The notes under the pieces are model-generated. The model made no database searches. It had not been told where the DNA came from and saw only the letters and a list, made by a program, of their open reading frames with translations. From an uncultured Myxococcales bacterium (GTDB lineage: Bacteria > Myxococcota_A > UBA9160 > UBA4427), in the NCBI GenBank assembly GCA_965603475.1, contig CBFDDD010000008.1, positions 16,176 through 80,175 of the forward strand: a stretch of 64,000 nt of DNA, read 5' to 3'. Of the stretch, positions 39,056 to 49,829 are shown piece after piece; the stretch's first letter is position 1, and every line of letters starts with the position of its first letter. The translations under genes were made by a program, and so were the position numbers.

Positions 39056-39317
39056 GGGGAAACGGTCGCATCGATCGATGGGACCCGCAATCCGGGATTA
39101 GGCGTCCTAACCGGGGAGCGGCTCGGGCAGACAGTACCCCTTCATTCAAATCCAATGCGAACGGCAGTGTTTCTCTGACTGCCGTCTGGATTTGTCTATG
39201 CTTCGGGGGAGGGGACGCGACGCTTTGCTTGCCCCGGGGTGACATGGTTTGGACCCGTCCTATTTCGGCCGAATATTTGACCGCGACCCTGATGTTCGGT
39301 CAGGCCTTCAATATCGA

Positions 39318-39878
39318 TTGAAGCTCGTTCTGATGGTCTCATTGCTGGCTCCCCTGCTCGGGCTGGCATGCCGCGATCGCGAAGGAATCGAACACCACCC
39401 AACCGAGTCGCAATCGGAAATCAGCGTTTCGTCGCATGAAGGCGAAGCGAACATTGAGGCACCTTCGTCGCCGCTCGCGAACGAGCCGCTCGTCTCTTCG
39501 CCGACTGAGCCGTCCGATTCTCCGCCGGTTTCAGCACCCGAAGCTCCGCCGCCCGACGATCCTCCGCTCGAAAACCTGATGCGGCTTCCTGAATCCGTGA
39601 CGCGTTCCCACGCCGAATTGGCAACACCCGGCTCGGATTCAGACCCGCAGGCCGAGGAGGAGAGAAAGGCGGCTCGTCTTCGTGTCGATGTTCGCAGGCT
39701 GCGGGATGCGGCCGAGATCGATCCGGACGGGTCCCGCGTCCGGGAGCGGACGGACGCGGGCGTCTCTGTAGATGTCGGAGGCGACGCGAGCGTGCGGGGC
39801 GGTGTCCAGGTGGAGAGAGAGCCAGGGGAGGAATGGCGTGACCCGGTGCCTAGCGTGGGAGTCGAAAAGCGATTCTAG
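39318..39878 (+). CDS. Lipoprotein with Pro/Ser/Glu-rich linker and beta-stranded C-terminus ending in Phe; start uncertain
   Basis: LGLAC lipobox; low-complexity middle; DAGVSVDV, SVRGGVQVE, PSVGVEKRF. Confidence 0.65.
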   Translation: MKLVLMVSLLAPLLGLACRDREGIEHHPTESQSEISVSSHEGEANIEAPSSPLANEPLVSSPTEPSDSPPVSAPEAPPPDDPPLENLMRLPESVTRSHAELATPGSDSDPQAEEERKAARLRVDVRRLRDAAEIDPDGSRVRERTDAGVSVDVGGDASVRGGVQVEREPGEEWRDPVPSVGVEKRF

Positions 39879-39939
39879 GCTCCGATGCGTTTTGATCGGT
39901 TGCGGTTCATCGCCTCCTTTCGAAGATCGAGGAGTAGCC

Positions 39940-40038
39940 TTGAAGATTGGATTCGTCAGTGCAGTCGCCGGTCCTCCCGCTATGACCCACGATGACATCG
40001 TCGAAGAGGAACGAAGCATCGACAAGGAGAATTCGTGA
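39940..40038 (+). pseudogene. 32-codon mini-ORF, probable N-terminal remnant of an oxidoreductase
   Basis: GAGGAG then TTG, MKIGFVSAVAGPPAMTHDDIVEE; stop overlaps the next start. Confidence 0.4.
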
Positions 40039-41555
40039 TGAACGGACGTCGCCGACTGCTGGCGGTTGTGCTTCTTTGCTCGTGGGGCGCATTTCCAGCC
40101 GCTGCCGACCCCTACGATCTGGTTCTGCGGGGCGGCCGTGTCATCGACCCCGAAAGCCGAACCGATGCCATATTGAATGTCGCCGTTCAAGGAGGCGAGA
40201 TCGCTGCAATCTCGTCCGAAGCCCTGTCGGGTCGTGTCGAGATCGACGTCACGGGTTTGGTCGTCGCCCCGGGTTTCATCGACCTTCATACCCATTCGCC
40301 AACCCAGTTGGGACAGCACTACCAGCTGATGGATGGCGTGACGACCGCCCTCGAACTCGAAGCTGGAGCCTATCCCGTGCGCGACTTTGCGCCGGACATC
40401 CGCGGCAAGGCGCCCATCCACTATGGCGCTTCGGTCGGCTTCGGGTCGATTCGGCTGGAGACCAAGATGGGCCTTCGGCAGGCTCACGTGATCATCGGCA
40501 AGCCTCGACCGGTTGGACTCAAGGGGTATTGGACGGCAATGCGATCGCTCTTCGAGACCCCAGACGAGGTCTTCGTCGAGCGCGCCACACCGCGTGAACG
40601 TGATCGGATGCGCGCGATGCTTCACGAAGGTCTCGACGGGGGCGGGCTCGGGATCGGCGTTCCCCTTGACTATTTCAGCGAAGCCGTGGATCGCGATGAA
40701 CTCGGCATGGTCTTCGAGGTGGCGGGCGAGCGGAAGGTCCCGCTCTTCATTCACGTCCGGCGGGGCATCAATGGCGATCCCTCTGGGCTCCGCGAAGCGC
40801 TCGAGCTGGCAGAAGAGACCGGCGCCCCCGTCCACATTTGTCATCTCTCGCATAATGCCATGCGGAACACGGCGCTCTTCCTGGCTGAGATCCGCGCAGC
40901 GCGAGAGAAAGGAGTCGACGTCACCACCGAAGTCCTGCCCTACAACGCGGGCTCTGCGCTGATTTCGTCGGCGGTTTTCGGTCGTGATTGGCGCACGATT
41001 TTCGACATCGACTACGCCGACGTCGAATGGGCGGCAACCGGTGAAAGGTTTACCGAGTCGATGTGGGAGGAGTACCGGGAAAAGTACCCCGACGGTCAAG
41101 TCATCCATCACTACCTCGAGGAAGATTGGACGCGCACGGCGCTGGTCGAACCCGGGGTCATCGTCGTGAGTGATCTACTGCCGATGATCACCAAGGAGAG
41201 CAAAGTAGCGCCGCACAACGGCGCATTCTCGCGCATCCTCGGTCGCTACGTTCGCGAAGCGGGACTGATCGACCTCGACACGGCGATTGCCAAGATGACG
41301 CTCTTGCCCGCGCAACGCCTGGAAGAAGCGTTTCCCGAGTTCAAGAAGAAGGGGCGCGTTCAAGTGGGCGCCGACGCTGACCTGACGATCTTCGATCCCG
41401 AACGTGTTCTCGATCGCGCCACCTACAAGAATCCGTATCAGACCGCACTGGGCATCGAACACGTGCTCGTTTCGGGCGAGGTCGTCGTACGCGATGGAAA
41501 TCGCATCGACGGCGTCTTCCCCGGACGCTTCCTGCCCCTCGCGCCGAATCCGTGA
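40035..41555 (+). CDS. Secreted amidohydrolase (D-aminoacylase/D-glutamate deacylase-like)
   Basis: Signal peptide; GGRVIDP, PGFIDLHTH, GVTT, KGRVQVGADAD. Confidence 0.88.
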   Translation: MMNGRRRLLAVVLLCSWGAFPAAADPYDLVLRGGRVIDPESRTDAILNVAVQGGEIAAISSEALSGRVEIDVTGLVVAPGFIDLHTHSPTQLGQHYQLMDGVTTALELEAGAYPVRDFAPDIRGKAPIHYGASVGFGSIRLETKMGLRQAHVIIGKPRPVGLKGYWTAMRSLFETPDEVFVERATPRERDRMRAMLHEGLDGGGLGIGVPLDYFSEAVDRDELGMVFEVAGERKVPLFIHVRRGINGDPSGLREALELAEETGAPVHICHLSHNAMRNTALFLAEIRAAREKGVDVTTEVLPYNAGSALISSAVFGRDWRTIFDIDYADVEWAATGERFTESMWEEYREKYPDGQVIHHYLEEDWTRTALVEPGVIVVSDLLPMITKESKVAPHNGAFSRILGRYVREAGLIDLDTAIAKMTLLPAQRLEEAFPEFKKKGRVQVGADADLTIFDPERVLDRATYKNPYQTALGIEHVLVSGEVVVRDGNRIDGVFPGRFLPLAPNP

Positions 41556-41619
41556 AGCGGGGCGCCGACGCATGAATCAGCGTGGCCCGAGGCGACGCCC
41601 AAGAGGCCGAGAACTCGGG

Positions 41620-42132
41620 TCAGTCGATGATTCCGTCCCGCCGCCAGGCTTCGACCGATGCGAGCATCATCTTTCCCGCGTCGAAGGTGATCCACTGCTC
41701 GGGGACGACTTCGATGACGAGACGTTTTTCGGTGTCCATCATCTGAGCGAAAGCGTCCTGGAGCTTTCCAGGCGTGGGAATATTGACGGCGGCGCACGCC
41801 GGGAAGAACCATTTCTTCGTCTCGGGGTCGTCATGAATGATGGCCCGTCCCTTGGCCGTTATGCCCTTGGCGGGCCCGAGATCGGTTCCATGGCTCGAAA
41901 CGACGACCGAGACACGAGGATCACGACGGATCGCGGAGATTCTTTTCCGTTGGCTCGTCGCACTCACCCAGAAGCTGCCATCCTTCCACAGGTAGGTCAT
42001 GAGCACGCCCACAGCCCAGCCCGTTTTGGGCCCCCAGATAAACGTGCATTCAATCTGTTTGCGAAGAATCTCCTCCAACAGCTCGGGGTCGAGTGGATAC
42101 TCTGTAACATCGTCGTAATTAAATTCGGACAT
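41620..42132 (-). CDS. Pyridoxamine 5'-phosphate oxidase-like split-barrel protein (FDOR-like)
   Basis: W.DG.FW, RKRISAIRRDPRVSVVV, VPEQWITFD. Confidence 0.8.
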   Translation of the reverse strand: MSEFNYDDVTEYPLDPELLEEILRKQIECTFIWGPKTGWAVGVLMTYLWKDGSFWVSATSQRKRISAIRRDPRVSVVVSSHGTDLGPAKGITAKGRAIIHDDPETKKWFFPACAAVNIPTPGKLQDAFAQMMDTEKRLVIEVVPEQWITFDAGKMMLASVEAWRRDGIID

Positions 42133-42263
42133 GGATGGGAACCTTCGGCAGTTCGGAGAATTAGATCGAATGCAAGCAAAGCACATATGCAGGGCGACTC
42201 CTACCCCCGATTCACGGCTGCGACGTGCGGTGTAGGATCCGCGTGGGAGGGAAATAGCAGACG

Positions 42264-43769
42264 ATGACGGCTACAGAAGACGAAGCCTCTGGATTCGGCC
42301 CGCCTTCAGGCGCGTCTCCTCTCCCTCATACTCTGGTTTATGCATACGGTACGGGGCAGGCCGCGGAAGGCATCGCCAACTATCTGCTGACGTCGCTGCT
42401 GCTCTTCTATTACACCTCGGTCCTCGGCCTTTCTGGGCAGCTTGCCGGCCTGGCACTGATGATCGGCTTCATCTTCGATGCCGTGACGGATCCGTTGATC
42501 GCGGTGGCGAGCGACCGAACTCATTCCCGATGGGGAAGACGACATCCCTACCTCTTTTCCTCAGCGATTCCCCTCGGCGGCGGATTGATTCTGGCCTTTC
42601 GTCCGCCCGAGTTCGTATCGGGGCAGACGGAACTCTTTCTCTGGCTCCTCGTGGTCGTGGTCATGATCCGTGCCGCCATCACGCTCTTTCACGTTCCGCA
42701 CATGGCGTTGGGCGCGGAGCTGAGCAACGACTACGACGAGCGGACTCGCGTCGTCACGGCGCGTTCCGTTGCCGGTATCATCGGAAGTGCTTCGATCATT
42801 TCCTTCTACTTCATTCTGCTCGCGGCGCACGAGTCGCCGGCCCATTCCGACATTCGGCTGAACCCGGATCCGTACGAGTTCTACGGCCTGGTTTCGGGCC
42901 TTGCCGCCCTGTTGATCGTTCTGATCTCGGATTTCGGAACGCTTGGGGCAATCCCTCGACTCGTCACACCCCCGAGACGAGAGAAGGAGGAATCGCTACT
43001 TCAAACTGCACTCGGAGATCTCGCGGCAACGCTGCGTATCCCTGCATTCCGAGCGCTCGTGATTGGCTTGACGCTTTGTTCGCTGTCCTGGGGTTTCTCG
43101 AGTGCAATGCAGACTCATCTCGCCCTCTACTTCTGGCACGTGAGCATCGAAGTGCAGGGGATTGCAGGTCTGAGCCTGACACTGGGAATTCTCGGGGGCA
43201 TCGGGTTCTGGCGTGCCCTGGCGGCGCGCACGGACAAGAAGCCGGCGTTCCTGATCGGCATGGGCTGGTACACCTTCTTCGCAGCCGCGGGGCCGTTGCT
43301 GAAAGCGACCGGATATTTTCCCGCAGAGGACACCACCGCTCATACGATCGCCTATGTCAGTTTTTCCATCCTGACGGCCTTCGGCGTTGCGGCGACACTC
43401 GTCCTGAGTGGCTCCATGATGGCGGACGTCTCGGACGAAGATGAACTCGAGTCCGGGATTCGCCGCGAGGGGATCTTCTTTGGTGCGCATTCCTTTGCAA
43501 CCAAGGTCGCCAATGGGGTCGGTGCGGCACTCGGAGGCATTCTGTACGAATTTGTCGGCCTAACGAAGGGTGTCGCTCCCCTCCAGGCACCCGCAAGTGC
43601 CGGCACGCAGCTCGGGCTCGTAAGCGGGTTGTTGATCGCGGTGTTGGTCGGCACCGGAACGCTCTACTTGAGACATTACAATCTCGATCGAAAGCGGCAT
43701 GCCCAGACCCGAGCCGCGCTCAATGCGCGTGCAGAGGCCTCGAGGAATGAACCCAGTCAGGCAGTTTGA
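42264..43769 (+). CDS. MFS transporter, GPH/MelB family
   Basis: DAVTDP, SDRTHSRWGRRHPY, ALGAELS.DYDERT, RREGIFF. Confidence 0.92.
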   Translation: MTATEDEASGFGPPSGASPLPHTLVYAYGTGQAAEGIANYLLTSLLLFYYTSVLGLSGQLAGLALMIGFIFDAVTDPLIAVASDRTHSRWGRRHPYLFSSAIPLGGGLILAFRPPEFVSGQTELFLWLLVVVVMIRAAITLFHVPHMALGAELSNDYDERTRVVTARSVAGIIGSASIISFYFILLAAHESPAHSDIRLNPDPYEFYGLVSGLAALLIVLISDFGTLGAIPRLVTPPRREKEESLLQTALGDLAATLRIPAFRALVIGLTLCSLSWGFSSAMQTHLALYFWHVSIEVQGIAGLSLTLGILGGIGFWRALAARTDKKPAFLIGMGWYTFFAAAGPLLKATGYFPAEDTTAHTIAYVSFSILTAFGVAATLVLSGSMMADVSDEDELESGIRREGIFFGAHSFATKVANGVGAALGGILYEFVGLTKGVAPLQAPASAGTQLGLVSGLLIAVLVGTGTLYLRHYNLDRKRHAQTRAALNARAEASRNEPSQAV

Positions 43770-43772
43770 CTG

Positions 43773-46340
43773 TTATTCCGGAAACTCTCGATTGTATCGG
43801 TCGAAGGCATCGAGAGTGCCACAGATGTAGAGAGCGTCTTCCTCGGAGAGAACGAAGGAGGTGGGGATGTCCATGATGACCTCGCCTGCTCGCTCTACGG
43901 CGATCACCGTGCAGCCTGTGCGCTCTCGCATCTGGGATCTCAGGGGATGCTGACCGGTCAATCGACCCGCGGCGACTTTGACGAGCTTGACGCGAGGCTG
44001 CTGCGAGACCATCTCCCCTAGAATATGATGGGCGAGCAGTTGTCCCGCGACTTGACTCACTGATAGCGCGAAGTCCGCGCCCGCCTGCTGGATGCGGCCG
44101 ACATTTTCCACGTGGGCAGCGCAGGCGATGATGGGGACGTCGGGTGCGAAGCTTCGTGCGACGGTCGCAACGAGCAATGTGGCGCTGTCGTTGTCGCACG
44201 CGAGGATGAGGACTCGGGCGGTCTTCACTCCGGCCCGTTCCAGAACCCGGTTGTCGAGAACGTCTCCGACGAGCGTGACCCCGGGCTGCTCCGTCGGGTC
44301 GATGACGCACACGTCTTCACCGGCATCATTCAGCATTTCGACGAGCTTGCTTCCCACGTCCCCGTAGCCGGCCACGACGATCGTGCCTGCGTTGGTAATC
44401 GGGTGGGCGATTTCGCTCAATCGACGGATGCTGTCGGGCGGACCGGCCGCCACCAGGATCATCCCCGGCTGGATCATCTGATCGGCCGAAGGTGGCGAAT
44501 GAAGTCTGTCGTCGATCTATTGCGCCACGATATGCGCCCCGGTGCCGACGCGAATTCCGGATTCTGCGATGGTCTTGTGGGCGAGGGGGCTCTCTTCATG
44601 GATGCGGACTTCGGCCACCTCGAGGAGCTGGGCGAGCGGCTGTACGCCCGTGATTCTCGGCCCGATCCGGGAACTGGCGCGGGCGGCGATCGCGGCGGCC
44701 AGGACATGGTTGGGTGTGAATGCGGCCGTCGCACCGGCGAGCTGCATCGGCGCGCGTCTCCGAGGGTTCTTGATGAGGGCGATGATGGGGCCGTTGAAGC
44801 CGAGTTCTCTGGCACTCATGGCCAGCAGCGCGTCCTGTTCGTCCTCGCCGTTGGCCACGACTGCTCGCGCCCGTGTGAGCGGTTGCAGGTCAAGACCACT
44901 CTCTGTCAGGGAAGCGTGTATGACGCATTCGCCTCGAGCCTGCAGTCGTCGCGCGACCGTCTCGTCCTCTTCGATCACGATCATCGGGACGCCTCGGCTT
45001 TCGAGCTCTCCCATCAAGCTGTCGACCTCGGGACCGTATCCGTAGATGACGACCGCTCCGGTTGCGTCCGGCAACTCGTGAAGTAGCTGGCCGGCATAAC
45101 GCTTTTCGATTAGGGGAGCGCCGAAGGGTTCGACCTGGAGGATTCCGCTCGTTGCGTCGGCGAGGGGAGCAGCCTTCCCTTCGAGCATCACGGCGCAGCC
45201 TTTCAACGCCAGGGGTGTAAAGAGATTGAGAAGGAAGGCCGTGAAGATCAGCGCGGTGAAGATCGGTTGACCGATCGCTTGCTGGGCCAGGGCGAGTGAA
45301 GCGAGGATGAAGGCCAATTCCGCACGCCCGCACATGCCGACGCCGATAGTCAGCGCTTCGAGCGAGGGCAGCCCCATGCGAAGCGCCATGCCGCCGGCGC
45401 TCAGAATCTGTCCGACGATCACACCGATCGTGAGCAGGGCGATGAGTCCGACGGTCGAGGCGCTGATGTCGAAGGTGATGGAGAAGCCGAGCGAGATGAA
45501 GAAGATCGGGCCGAGAAACGAATAGGCGATACCGTAGGCGCGGTCTTTGACGATCCGGACCAGATTCGGATGCGCGACCTTCTCTTCGAAGAAGAGACCA
45601 GCCAGATAAGCGCCCAGGATCATGTGAAGACCGATGGCTTCTGCGAAGAGACCCGCGCCAATCGCCGTCATCAGAACGAAGGTAAAGCCCTTGCCGCCTT
45701 CGGATCGGAATGGCAGCGATAGCCGGGGATAGACGAAACGTCCAAGCAGGATCGCGACGGCAAAGAAGCCGACGACCTTGCCCAATGTAATGACGACGTT
45801 GATCGGCTCGAACTCTCCCCCCGACAGCACGCCGATCACGAGACCAAAGAAGACGAGGGTCAAGAGGTCGTCGATGACGCAACTGGCCACGATCACGCGC
45901 GCCACACGGGTGTTGGCGAGATCGAGATCCTTGAGGCTCTTGAGGGTGATGACGACAGCGGTCGCCGTCATCGTGAGACCGACGAAAGTGGCGCCGACGA
46001 GATCCAGGCCGAAGGACCAGGCGACGCCGAAGCTGACGGCGAAAGGCACAATGGCCCCGACGACGGCGACCCCCATCGAGCGCTTCAGGGCGTCGTAGAA
46101 TTCGAGCGGTTGAGTCTCGACCCCAGCGTGAAACATCAGAAAGAATATGCCGATTTCAGCTAGTAGTTGGAGCTCGGGTCCCGGTTCGATGAATCCCAAC
46201 ACGGCCGGGCCCAGAACCACGCCGACGATCAGCTCACCCATGACGGTTGGCAGGCCGAGCGGACGAAGGGTCACAGCGACCAGCCAGATGCCGGCGAGCA
46301 CGATCAGAAGATCGAGGGCGACCTTATGCACGACAAACAC
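43773..46340 (-). pseudogene. CPA2 antiporter fused to two TrkA-N/TrkA-C pairs, interrupted by an in-frame TAG at 44517-44519
   Basis: ORFs 44517-46340 and 43773-44477 share a frame: GAHIVAQ*IDDRLHSPP; GYG motifs in both TrkA-N domains. Confidence 0.85.
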
Positions 46341-46500
46341 ATGCGGAGATCATTGGGCGGCGATTGGGAAATCGTAGATGAGATGAACCGCGCAAAGTGA
46401 TCATCGACATTCCGCCACACTCTGGATCTGCGATCAGAAGATGCTGGCTAATTCCAACACGAACAGCCTGCGATCGAGAACCCAGAGGCGACTGGAGATA

Positions 46501-47004
46501 TTAGTCTGTGTCATCGGACGCTTCCGGCGGTGCAGGGTCCGCGACGGACCCTGTTGAACACTCGCCCAGCCGAATCGCATCCCACTTCGTAATGACGGCC
46601 ATTCGCCGACCGCCCATCTCAAAATTGACTCGCGCCTTTCCCGCTCCGCGATCTCCATCGACCGTGAACTCGCCCTTGCCCCGGGACTTCTGACCGTTGA
46701 CGCTGCAGCGGAGCTTCCACTTGAGTCCATTGTCGATCGCCTTGACACTCCTGATCTTGCATCCCTGGGATTCGGCCCAGGGCATGAGTGTCTCTGCCGT
46801 AATGGGCTCGTCCGTCACGCAGGTTTGGAGCTTCTGGGAGGCGGGTTCGGTCTTCATCGGCATCTGGATTTGAACATCGAAGATCCATCTTCCCGCCGCC
46901 ATCTGGATGCCATTTTCCGCGTCGTCGTCGGCTATGGCAGGCGATGAGAACGATGCGATGGCAATCAGGAGGGCAGGAATCATGGTTCGCACAGTCTTCA
47001 ACAT
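46501..47004 (-). CDS. DUF3617-like secreted protein
   Basis: Signal peptide; G.W, QTCVT, GCK, W.LRC, RLGEC. Confidence 0.8.
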   Translation of the reverse strand: MLKTVRTMIPALLIAIASFSSPAIADDDAENGIQMAAGRWIFDVQIQMPMKTEPASQKLQTCVTDEPITAETLMPWAESQGCKIRSVKAIDNGLKWKLRCSVNGQKSRGKGEFTVDGDRGAGKARVNFEMGGRRMAVITKWDAIRLGECSTGSVADPAPPEASDDTD

Positions 47005-47318
47005 GGCAATCCTCTAACACCGGGCCATTGCGGCGCCGCCCGGTGCATGGCTGGCTCCAAGCGCCACCCATAATTTTGCACATTTTCACTGGCCTGGCGA
47101 CGCGATCGATTCGCTCCCCTCCGGATTTCTGACGTCACTGGGTACGCGGGCGCGGTCCTCAAAGTGAGGCCTACCCTCCCCGCTGTAGTTGTCGCCCATA
47201 TCGCCGCTGCCCGAGATCTACACCTCGTCCCGCCCAACACCGCAACCTCTGGCGATCGATCGTTCTTGACGGCTGTCTACGCCATACTCATGGGACGGGG
47301 GCACTCTAGGAGCGACGC

Positions 47319-49607
47319 ATGACGAGGTCGAGTCTGGTTCTGGTTTTGATTCTAGTCTTGAAGACGGGTCTGGTCGGGGCGTTGACCGCCGCCCCGGCAT
47401 TGGGAGCCGCGCGAGACCATTTGCCTTTGCGCTTTGAAGCCCAGGAGGGTGAGGTCGCTCGCTTCGTCGCCAGGACAGCGAGCCACGCCGTCGTCATTGC
47501 ACCCAACCGGGTCGAGCTCCACGCCCCCGGCGCGCGCGAGCCCTTGCGTCTGTTCTTCGTGGGCGGGCGCGGAGAGGGCGAGCTGCGCGGCGAGATGGTG
47601 GCGGGCCTCAGCAATCACTACCGAGGCAACGACCCGCGGCAATGGCGCGTGGCCGTCCCCAATTATCGAAGGGTGCGCCAGGCCGACGTCTACGAGGGGA
47701 TCGACGCTGTCCACTACGGGCGCGAAGGTCACTTGGAGTTCGACCTCGAGGTCGCCCCTCACGCAGACGCGAGCGCCATCGTGCTAGGCGTGGAGGGTGC
47801 CGACGCGCTGCGCCTCGAAGGCGACGATCGCGTTGAGATCGATGCCGGTCCGGTGCGTTTCGCGCTGGGTATTCCCGCCATTTATCAAGAGCACGGTGGA
47901 GAGCGGCACGCAGTCGCGGGACGCTTCGTTCTCGATGGCGTCCTGCTGCGCATCGAGGTCGAAGACTACGACGCGAGCCGTACGCTGGTGATCGATCCCA
48001 CTGCGGAGATCGTGTTCTCCACGCTGGTTGGCGGAACGGGCAACGAGGCGAGCTTCTCGGTTGCGAATGATGAAGAAGGCTTCGCCTACCTTTTCGGGAC
48101 GACCCGCTCGGCTGACTTTCCAACGACTCCGGGCGCGGCCGATGACGTCGGTCCGGCCTCGAACGGCGGGCAGAGCGATGCCTTTATCGCCAGGATCGAT
48201 ACGGTCGAGCCTGAGATGGTCTACGCAACCTACTTCGGTGGGACCGCGTCCGGGGAAGAGGCCTGGGCCATCGCTGTGGATCCAGGTGGGGCGGTCTGCG
48301 TGACCGGCATGACCAGCGCGACGGACTTTCCGTTGATGAATCCGATTCAGGAAATCGGCACGCACCCCGGTACCAATGCCTACGCCGCCCGCTTCGATTC
48401 AACAGGCGCGCTGCTCTATTCCACGGTGCTTCGCGGGCGACGGGGCAATGGTGCCGGGACGCGCATCGACACGAGCGACCGCGGCGTCGCGGTCGCCGCT
48501 GATTCGACCGGAGCCTGCTACTACGCGGGCACGAGTGACGCAGAGGGCGTTAGCGAAGACGCCATCGAAGACACCTTTCCCACCACCGTCGGATCCTTCG
48601 GTGAAGCGCCGGTCTTCGGCTCAGATTCAATCAAGAGACAAAACGCCTGGGCGATGAAGATCGGCTCGACGGGAAACCTCGTATGGTCGGGCTTCCTGGG
48701 CGGCGGACTCGACGAGTTCGTCTATGGCATCGATGTCGATTCAGAGGGCGCGGCCTATGTGGGGGGCACGACGTCCTCTGGCGACTTCCAGCTCACATCG
48801 GGAAGCTTCATCGACGCGTATCCCGGCACGCCGAACAGTGATCCGCCCGCGATGGCCTTCGTCTCGAAGATCGCACCGGATGGCAGCGACTTCGTGTATT
48901 CGACCCTGGTTGGCCCGCTTGACTTCAACGCCTGCTGCACCAATCGAGTAGGCGACCTGGCTGTGGACAGCGCGGGCAGCGCCTACCTGCTCGCCAAGGT
49001 GAAGGCCGGCTGGATCACGACGGAGGGCGCATTCATTCACGTGCCCGCCTCCGATCAGGGGGGTGGTGCTCTGACGAAGCTCGAACCGGATGGTTCGAAT
49101 CTCGTCTGGTCCACGCTGATTGGAACCGCACAGAGCACCAACAGCACGCCGACAGATCTCGACCTCGACGGCAACGGTCGAGCCGTGGTGGCGGGGCTAG
49201 GCAACCTGACCCCGGTCGACCCCGTTGCGACATTCGGCGATGGGTTCGTCAGCCTATTTTCGGCCGATGGCGCCGAGATTCTCTTTCTCACGGAGACGCC
49301 GGGCTTCTCCGCGCCGAGCGCCAGCGTCGACGCGTCGGGCGAATTCATCTACGCGGCGGGGGACATCTCCGCGAACATCGGCGGGCTCCCCTTCGTGAAC
49401 GCCCTCAACGAGGACCTTTCCTTCTTACACGTTGATTCCTACCTGATGGTGATCGATGTTCCGGAACCCGCGTCAGAGGTGCTCGCTGCCACGGCCCTGT
49501 TGAGCTTGGCGGCTCTGATGCGCCGAAGGATTCGACTCGAGCCACGCTCGGTTCGGGAAGCCGAAGACCGCAGCTTCGAATTCCATCCGCGTCACCATTC
49601 GAGCTGA
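47319..49607 (+). CDS. SBBP beta-propeller repeat surface protein with PEP-CTERM-like sorting signal
   Basis: PLRFE..EG, NHYRGNDP..W, VYEGID, LVIDP; repeats G.T.S.DFP and YST..G; C-terminal VPEP plus TM plus RRR. Confidence 0.88.
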   Translation: MTRSSLVLVLILVLKTGLVGALTAAPALGAARDHLPLRFEAQEGEVARFVARTASHAVVIAPNRVELHAPGAREPLRLFFVGGRGEGELRGEMVAGLSNHYRGNDPRQWRVAVPNYRRVRQADVYEGIDAVHYGREGHLEFDLEVAPHADASAIVLGVEGADALRLEGDDRVEIDAGPVRFALGIPAIYQEHGGERHAVAGRFVLDGVLLRIEVEDYDASRTLVIDPTAEIVFSTLVGGTGNEASFSVANDEEGFAYLFGTTRSADFPTTPGAADDVGPASNGGQSDAFIARIDTVEPEMVYATYFGGTASGEEAWAIAVDPGGAVCVTGMTSATDFPLMNPIQEIGTHPGTNAYAARFDSTGALLYSTVLRGRRGNGAGTRIDTSDRGVAVAADSTGACYYAGTSDAEGVSEDAIEDTFPTTVGSFGEAPVFGSDSIKRQNAWAMKIGSTGNLVWSGFLGGGLDEFVYGIDVDSEGAAYVGGTTSSGDFQLTSGSFIDAYPGTPNSDPPAMAFVSKIAPDGSDFVYSTLVGPLDFNACCTNRVGDLAVDSAGSAYLLAKVKAGWITTEGAFIHVPASDQGGGALTKLEPDGSNLVWSTLIGTAQSTNSTPTDLDLDGNGRAVVAGLGNLTPVDPVATFGDGFVSLFSADGAEILFLTETPGFSAPSASVDASGEFIYAAGDISANIGGLPFVNALNEDLSFLHVDSYLMVIDVPEPASEVLAATALLSLAALMRRRIRLEPRSVREAEDRSFEFHPRHHSS

Positions 49608-49829
49608 GCAGGCGTCTGTCAGTCTGTGGTGGCGGTGATACGACACAGCCGTGCCGGACTCTGAACTCGATCGAGAACGGTCGGCCTAATGTATTTTGCA
49701 GAGCGCAGGATCGGTATCGCGCCAGGCGGCTGTGGTATCTCGACGCTTGTTATCGAAGTGGGGCTCCTGGAATTTCTATCCGCTGTCCGCTCCGTGGGTT
49801 GAAGCATCGGCGTATCGGAGTTGCGGCGC

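Noticed and set aside
39639-41111. 490-aa minus-strand ORF
   Set aside because: Antisense shadow of the amidohydrolase gene
44517-44519. Pyrrolysine or stop-codon reassignment
   Set aside because: TAG ends many other genes here at the expected C-termini, no pyl genes are in the window, and a single TGG to TAG change is simpler
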